From contig CACOEZ010000003.1 in NCBI GenBank assembly GCA_902626385.1, forward strand, positions 53,148-117,147: a stretch of DNA of 64,000 bases, given 5' to 3'. The stretch is from an uncultured SAR86 cluster bacterium. GTDB lineage: Bacteria; Pseudomonadota; Gammaproteobacteria; Magnimaribacterales; D2472. Numbering within the stretch: position 1 is the stretch's first letter; each line of letters opens with the position of its first letter. Shown here one piece after another: positions 60,496-64,000 of the stretch. Position numbers and translations under genes: made by a program. The notes under the pieces are model-generated. The model had not been told where the DNA came from and searched no databases. It saw only the letters and a program-made list of their open reading frames with translations.

Positions 60496-61077
60496 ATGCA
60501 AGAAAAAGATAAGACAAGAAGAAAAGTACTAATTGGCTTGACTAGTGCCGTTGGTTTGTCTGGTATTCCGTTTGCAGCGACACCATTCATTGCAGCATGG
60601 AACCCTAGCGCAAAAGCTAAAGCTGCAGGTGCCCCAGTAAAATTAGATGTATCGAAAATGCAGTTTGGACAACAAATACAAGTCGCATGGAGAAAACAAC
60701 CAGTTTTCATTGTGAGACACACTAAAGAGAGCTTAGCAACTTTAGATTTGAGTGTACCTAAATTAGCTGATCCTAATTCAGACTTAATTGAAGAACCTTA
60801 TAAAGGCTTAAATCCTTCAAGATCAAAGGATCCCGGATATTCAGTTTTTTCAGGTGTCTGTACTCATTTGGGATGTGCACCAAAATATTTTCCTGAGGTT
60901 GAACCAAAACCTTGGGATGCTACATGGAATGGTGGATTTTTTTGTCCTTGTCATGGTTCTATGTTTGATATTGTAGGAAGAGTTTTTAAAGGTGTTCCGG
61001 CATCAACAAATTTATTAGTACCACCACACATGTTTGATGGGAGTATATTAACTATTGGAGAGGATAGGGAGTTATAA
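60496..61077 (+). CDS. petA: ubiquinol-cytochrome c reductase Rieske iron-sulfur subunit
   Basis: Rieske boxes CTHLGC and CPCHGS, with a Tat-like N-terminus (TRRKVLIGL). Confidence 0.93.
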   Translation: MQEKDKTRRKVLIGLTSAVGLSGIPFAATPFIAAWNPSAKAKAAGAPVKLDVSKMQFGQQIQVAWRKQPVFIVRHTKESLATLDLSVPKLADPNSDLIEEPYKGLNPSRSKDPGYSVFSGVCTHLGCAPKYFPEVEPKPWDATWNGGFFCPCHGSMFDIVGRVFKGVPASTNLLVPPHMFDGSILTIGEDREL

Positions 61078-61078
61078 A

Positions 61079-62296
61079 ATGACCGAAATTGCAGGCAAAT
61101 TATTTTCATGGCTTAACACAAGATTGCCTATTGTTAATACTTTTGAGAGGCATCTTTCAAAGCATCCTGTTCCATCGAAAGTTAATTTTTGGTACTTATT
61201 TGGTGCCCTGGCAGCAGTAACTCTTATTATTCAAATAGTTACTGGTATATGGTTAATAATGCCGTACTCGAATACAGAGGAGCAGGCTTTTTCTTCCATT
61301 GAATATATCATGCGAGATGTCGATTATGGTTGGGTAATAAGATATATGCATACTACCGGCGCTTCATTATTTTTTGCTGTTGTATATCTCCACATGTTTA
61401 GAGGCTTATTATATGGCTCATATCAAAAGCCTAAAGAACTTGTTTGGATTTTTGGATGCACAATCTATCTTGCCATGATGGCAGAAGGATTCTTAGGGTA
61501 TGTTCTGCCATATGGTCAAATGTCATACTGGGGAGCACAGGTAATCATTTCCCTGTTTGGAGCAATTCCGTATATAGGAGAATCTTTAGAATTATGGGTT
61601 AGAGGAGATTATTATATTTCAGGTATCACCGTTTCACGATTTTTTGCCTTACATGTGGTTGCTCTTCCCCTTGTTTTAATAGCTTTGGTGTTTCTTCACT
61701 TAGTTGCTTTACATGAAGTAGGAGCTGGTAATCCAGAAGGGGTTGATATAGAGGAATTTCTTGATGATGATGGCGTTCCTCTCGACAGTGTTCCATTCTT
61801 TCCCTACAAAGTTTTAAATGCCTTGGTTGCTATAGGTGTTTTTATGACAGTTTTTTCAATAATAATGTTCTTTTTTCCTGAGGGAGGAGGCTACTTTATT
61901 GAAATGGCTAACTTTGAAGAGGCTAATCCTTTGGTGACTCCTGATCACATTGCTCCAGTTTGGTACTATGCGCCATTTTATACAATGCTAAGAGCAATAC
62001 CAGATCCACTAGGTGGACTAATTGTTATGGCTGCAGGGGTGGCAATATTCTTTATTGTTCCTTGGTTAGATAGAAGCAAAGTCGCTTCAATCAGATACAA
62101 AGGTATATACAGTAAAATTGCTATCACATTATTTGGTGTAAGTTTTCTTACCTTGGGATATTTAGGAACAGTTGGAGTAACTGAAGTCAGAAAAACAATG
62201 AGTGTTGTGTGTACTGTAATTTATTTTGCATATTTCTTGTTAATGCCGATATACACAAAATATGAAACTACAAAGGAAGTACCTGACAGATTATGA
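61079..62296 (+). CDS. petB: cytochrome b
   Basis: Polytopic ORF with cytochrome b blocks (IRYMHTTGASLFF, HLVALHEVG, PDHIAPVWYYAPFY). The ATG at 61079 has a GGGAG Shine-Dalgarno. The track start at 61055 is a TTG inside petA. Confidence 0.95.
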   Translation: MTEIAGKLFSWLNTRLPIVNTFERHLSKHPVPSKVNFWYLFGALAAVTLIIQIVTGIWLIMPYSNTEEQAFSSIEYIMRDVDYGWVIRYMHTTGASLFFAVVYLHMFRGLLYGSYQKPKELVWIFGCTIYLAMMAEGFLGYVLPYGQMSYWGAQVIISLFGAIPYIGESLELWVRGDYYISGITVSRFFALHVVALPLVLIALVFLHLVALHEVGAGNPEGVDIEEFLDDDGVPLDSVPFFPYKVLNALVAIGVFMTVFSIIMFFFPEGGGYFIEMANFEEANPLVTPDHIAPVWYYAPFYTMLRAIPDPLGGLIVMAAGVAIFFIVPWLDRSKVASIRYKGIYSKIAITLFGVSFLTLGYLGTVGVTEVRKTMSVVCTVIYFAYFLLMPIYTKYETTKEVPDRL

Positions 62297-63138
62297 ACTT
62301 TTTCAAGTTAGAAATAAATTTAATCTTTAAATTTGTTGCTCTAACAGTCACATTATTTTTTTCATCAATTAGTCATTCTGCCGAAGGAGGCCCTTGCAAA
62401 GATTACGGAGAATGTGACGTATTTAAATACTCACTAAATGATATTGAATCCTTGCAGAGAGGTGCTGCAACATACATAAATTATTGCTATGGATGTCATT
62501 CTTTAAAGTATTCAAGATGGGGAAGAGTAGCTAGCGATCTCCAGATACCCGAAGATATATTCTTTGAGAACCTAGTTTTTGATAAATCTATTAAACCAGG
62601 AGATTTGATGACTGGGTCTATGCCGGAAGAGGAGTCTGCAAAATGGTTTGGAGTAGCGCCGCCTGATTTGACTTTGGTTTCAAGATATAAGGGCGATGAC
62701 TGGATTTATTCATATCTTAGAGCCTATTATGAAGACGCTTCAAAACAATATGGAGTTAATAACTTGGTTTATCCAGGTACTGCAATGCCTAATGTTTTGA
62801 TGGCTTTGCAGGGTAATCAGAGGCTTGTTTGTAAAGATATTCCTGTTTTAGCTAAAAACGGCGGTGAAAAAAGAGATGATCAAGGAAATACTATTACAAA
62901 AGAGAAGTGTGGATTTTTGGAAGTCGAAGAGGGGACAGGAGCTTTGAACAAAGAGGAATTTGATTCGCTGATATATGATTTAACAAATTTTTTGGTTTAT
63001 GTCGGTGAGCCTATTAAAGCAACAAGAGAAAGAATAGGATGGTACGTAGTTTTTTATTTTTTAATTTTTACAGCATTGTCCTCTTTGCTTTATAGAGAGT
63101 TCCATAAAGATTACAATATGAAAAAGGGGAAAGCATGA
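62293..63138 (+). CDS. petC: cytochrome c1
   Basis: Heme-binding motif CYGCHS, a signal peptide and a C-terminal TM anchor. Confidence 0.88.
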   Translation: MNFFKLEINLIFKFVALTVTLFFSSISHSAEGGPCKDYGECDVFKYSLNDIESLQRGAATYINYCYGCHSLKYSRWGRVASDLQIPEDIFFENLVFDKSIKPGDLMTGSMPEEESAKWFGVAPPDLTLVSRYKGDDWIYSYLRAYYEDASKQYGVNNLVYPGTAMPNVLMALQGNQRLVCKDIPVLAKNGGEKRDDQGNTITKEKCGFLEVEEGTGALNKEEFDSLIYDLTNFLVYVGEPIKATRERIGWYVVFYFLIFTALSSLLYREFHKDYNMKKGKA

Positions 63139-63746
63139 TTTTATATTCAGATAGAGACGACCATTATAGTCAAAGGGTAAGAATAGTTCTTGCTGAAAAA
63201 GATATTTCGGCAGAAATTAACGAAGCTAAACCAGAAGAAACCCCAGATGAAATTTTATCAATTAGTCCATATCATAAATTACCCATCTTAGTTGATAGAG
63301 ATTTAGCTATACATGACCCATCTGTAATGATGGAATACCTTGATGAAAGATTTCCTCATCCACCCCTCTTGCCAGTTTATCCTGTTGCAAGGGCTAACAG
63401 CAGGACATTAATGCTGAGAATAGACAGAGAGTGGTGTCCAATGGTGGACTCATTAATTGAGGGAAATAAATCAGAAAAAGAGTTGATGAAAATCAGAGAA
63501 GAATTACTTCATGAAATATCATCTATTGCACCTACTTTTAAAGAATTTAAATTTTTCATGAGTGATGAATTTACACTTGTTGATTGTTGTTTTGCACCTA
63601 TTTTATGGAGGCTTCCATCAGTTGGAATTAAACTTCCAGTAAATAGACACCTCAAACCACTTATTGATTATCAAAAAGCAGTATTTGAGAGACCTGGGTT
63701 TTTAGATAGTCTTTCTTCTCTTGAAAGGGATCTCAAGACTGATTAG
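63135..63746 (+). CDS. sspA: stringent starvation protein A (GST-like)
   Basis: YSQRVRIVLAEK...MEYLDERFPHPPLLPVYPVAR is near-identical to the E. coli SspA core. Confidence 0.88.
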   Translation: MILYSDRDDHYSQRVRIVLAEKDISAEINEAKPEETPDEILSISPYHKLPILVDRDLAIHDPSVMMEYLDERFPHPPLLPVYPVARANSRTLMLRIDREWCPMVDSLIEGNKSEKELMKIREELLHEISSIAPTFKEFKFFMSDEFTLVDCCFAPILWRLPSVGIKLPVNRHLKPLIDYQKAVFERPGFLDSLSSLERDLKTD

Positions 63747-64000
63747 TAAACTCACTAATATTTATTTTCCAAAATTTCATATTCCTGTTTAGGCATCTAT
63801 CTTTTCTAAAAATAATATCACCTGTGTTTAATAAATATGGCATATTGAATAAGTTGTTTTTTATTATTTTCTCAATAGTAATGTAATCTTCTAAAAGAAG
63901 ACTTTCGAATTCTCCTTTTAAACTTTTGAATTTTTTTTCATTAGCTTTGTTTATGAATTTTTTAGGAACTGGAATTAAAATATTTTCAAAATCAGCAAGA
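63733..64000 (-). CDS. hypothetical protein, C-terminal 88 aa only (5' end beyond window)
   Basis: My own translation of the minus strand gives ...LADFENILIPVPKKFINKANEKKFKSLKGEFESLLLEDYITIEKIIKNNLFNMPYLLNTGDIIFRKDRCLNRNMKFWKINISEFTNQS*. The frame is open to the window edge, and the stop overlaps the sspA 3' end by 14 nt. I recognise no family. Confidence 0.4.
   Translation of the reverse strand, partial: LADFENILIPVPKKFINKANEKKFKSLKGEFESLLLEDYITIEKIIKNNLFNMPYLLNTGDIIFRKDRCLNRNMKFWKINISEFTNQS

Overview
The window is an AT-rich (roughly one-third G+C by eye), extremely gene-dense stretch of core gammaproteobacterial chromosome. I support 63 protein-coding genes, 4 tRNA genes, several sigma70-type promoters and one strong hairpin. 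I saw no rRNA, CRISPR array, transposase, integrase, phage or defence genes, and no long repeats. From memory, the gene order is a concatenation of blocks that are syntenic with E. coli and Pseudomonas: (1) valS-pepA / lptFG-RDD; (2) POT peptide transporter, dapE-dapD-glnD-map; (3) carAB-greA-rlmE-ftsH-glmM-tpiA-secG-tRNALeu-tRNAfMet-rimP-nusA-infB-rbfA-truB-rpsO-pnp; (4) tRNAMet-ychF-pth-rplY-prs-tRNAGln-ispE-lolB / hemA-prfA-prmC; (5) selO-nitroreductase / acyl-CoA ligase-MaoC; (6) gatBAC / mreBCD-yhdP-like; (7) mgtE-rpoN-lptB-lptA-kdsD / mlaC-ibaG-murA; (8) degS-like / zapE-rplM-rpsI-petABC-sspA. Composition and compaction fit a streamlined pelagic gammaproteobacterium (SAR86-like is a guess, not a result). 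I do not see a convincing novel multi-gene system; this is mostly ordinary housekeeping DNA. The items worth a second look are: (a) a tandem pair of divergent paralogous ~75-aa two-helix membrane proteins of unknown family between pnp and tRNA-Met, separated by the only strong hairpin I found; (b) a recurring extended -10 element, TGTTATAAT, that lies exactly 6 nt before the ATG of greA and mlaC, which suggests leaderless mRNAs; (c) extreme head-to-head compaction, with hemA/lolB overlapping by 23 nt and degS/zapE start codons 1 nt apart; (d) remodelling of envelope lipid-transport loci, with no kdsC or lptC between kdsD and a short lptA, an orphan mlaC, and a shortened yhdP-like gene attached to mreBCD; (e) locus-level absence of folP, holC, maf/rng, hpf/ptsN/rapZ and sspB relative to the canonical order; (f) an initiator tRNA with a U1-U72 mismatch. 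All family calls rest on motifs and synteny that I recognise by eye. No database search was run.
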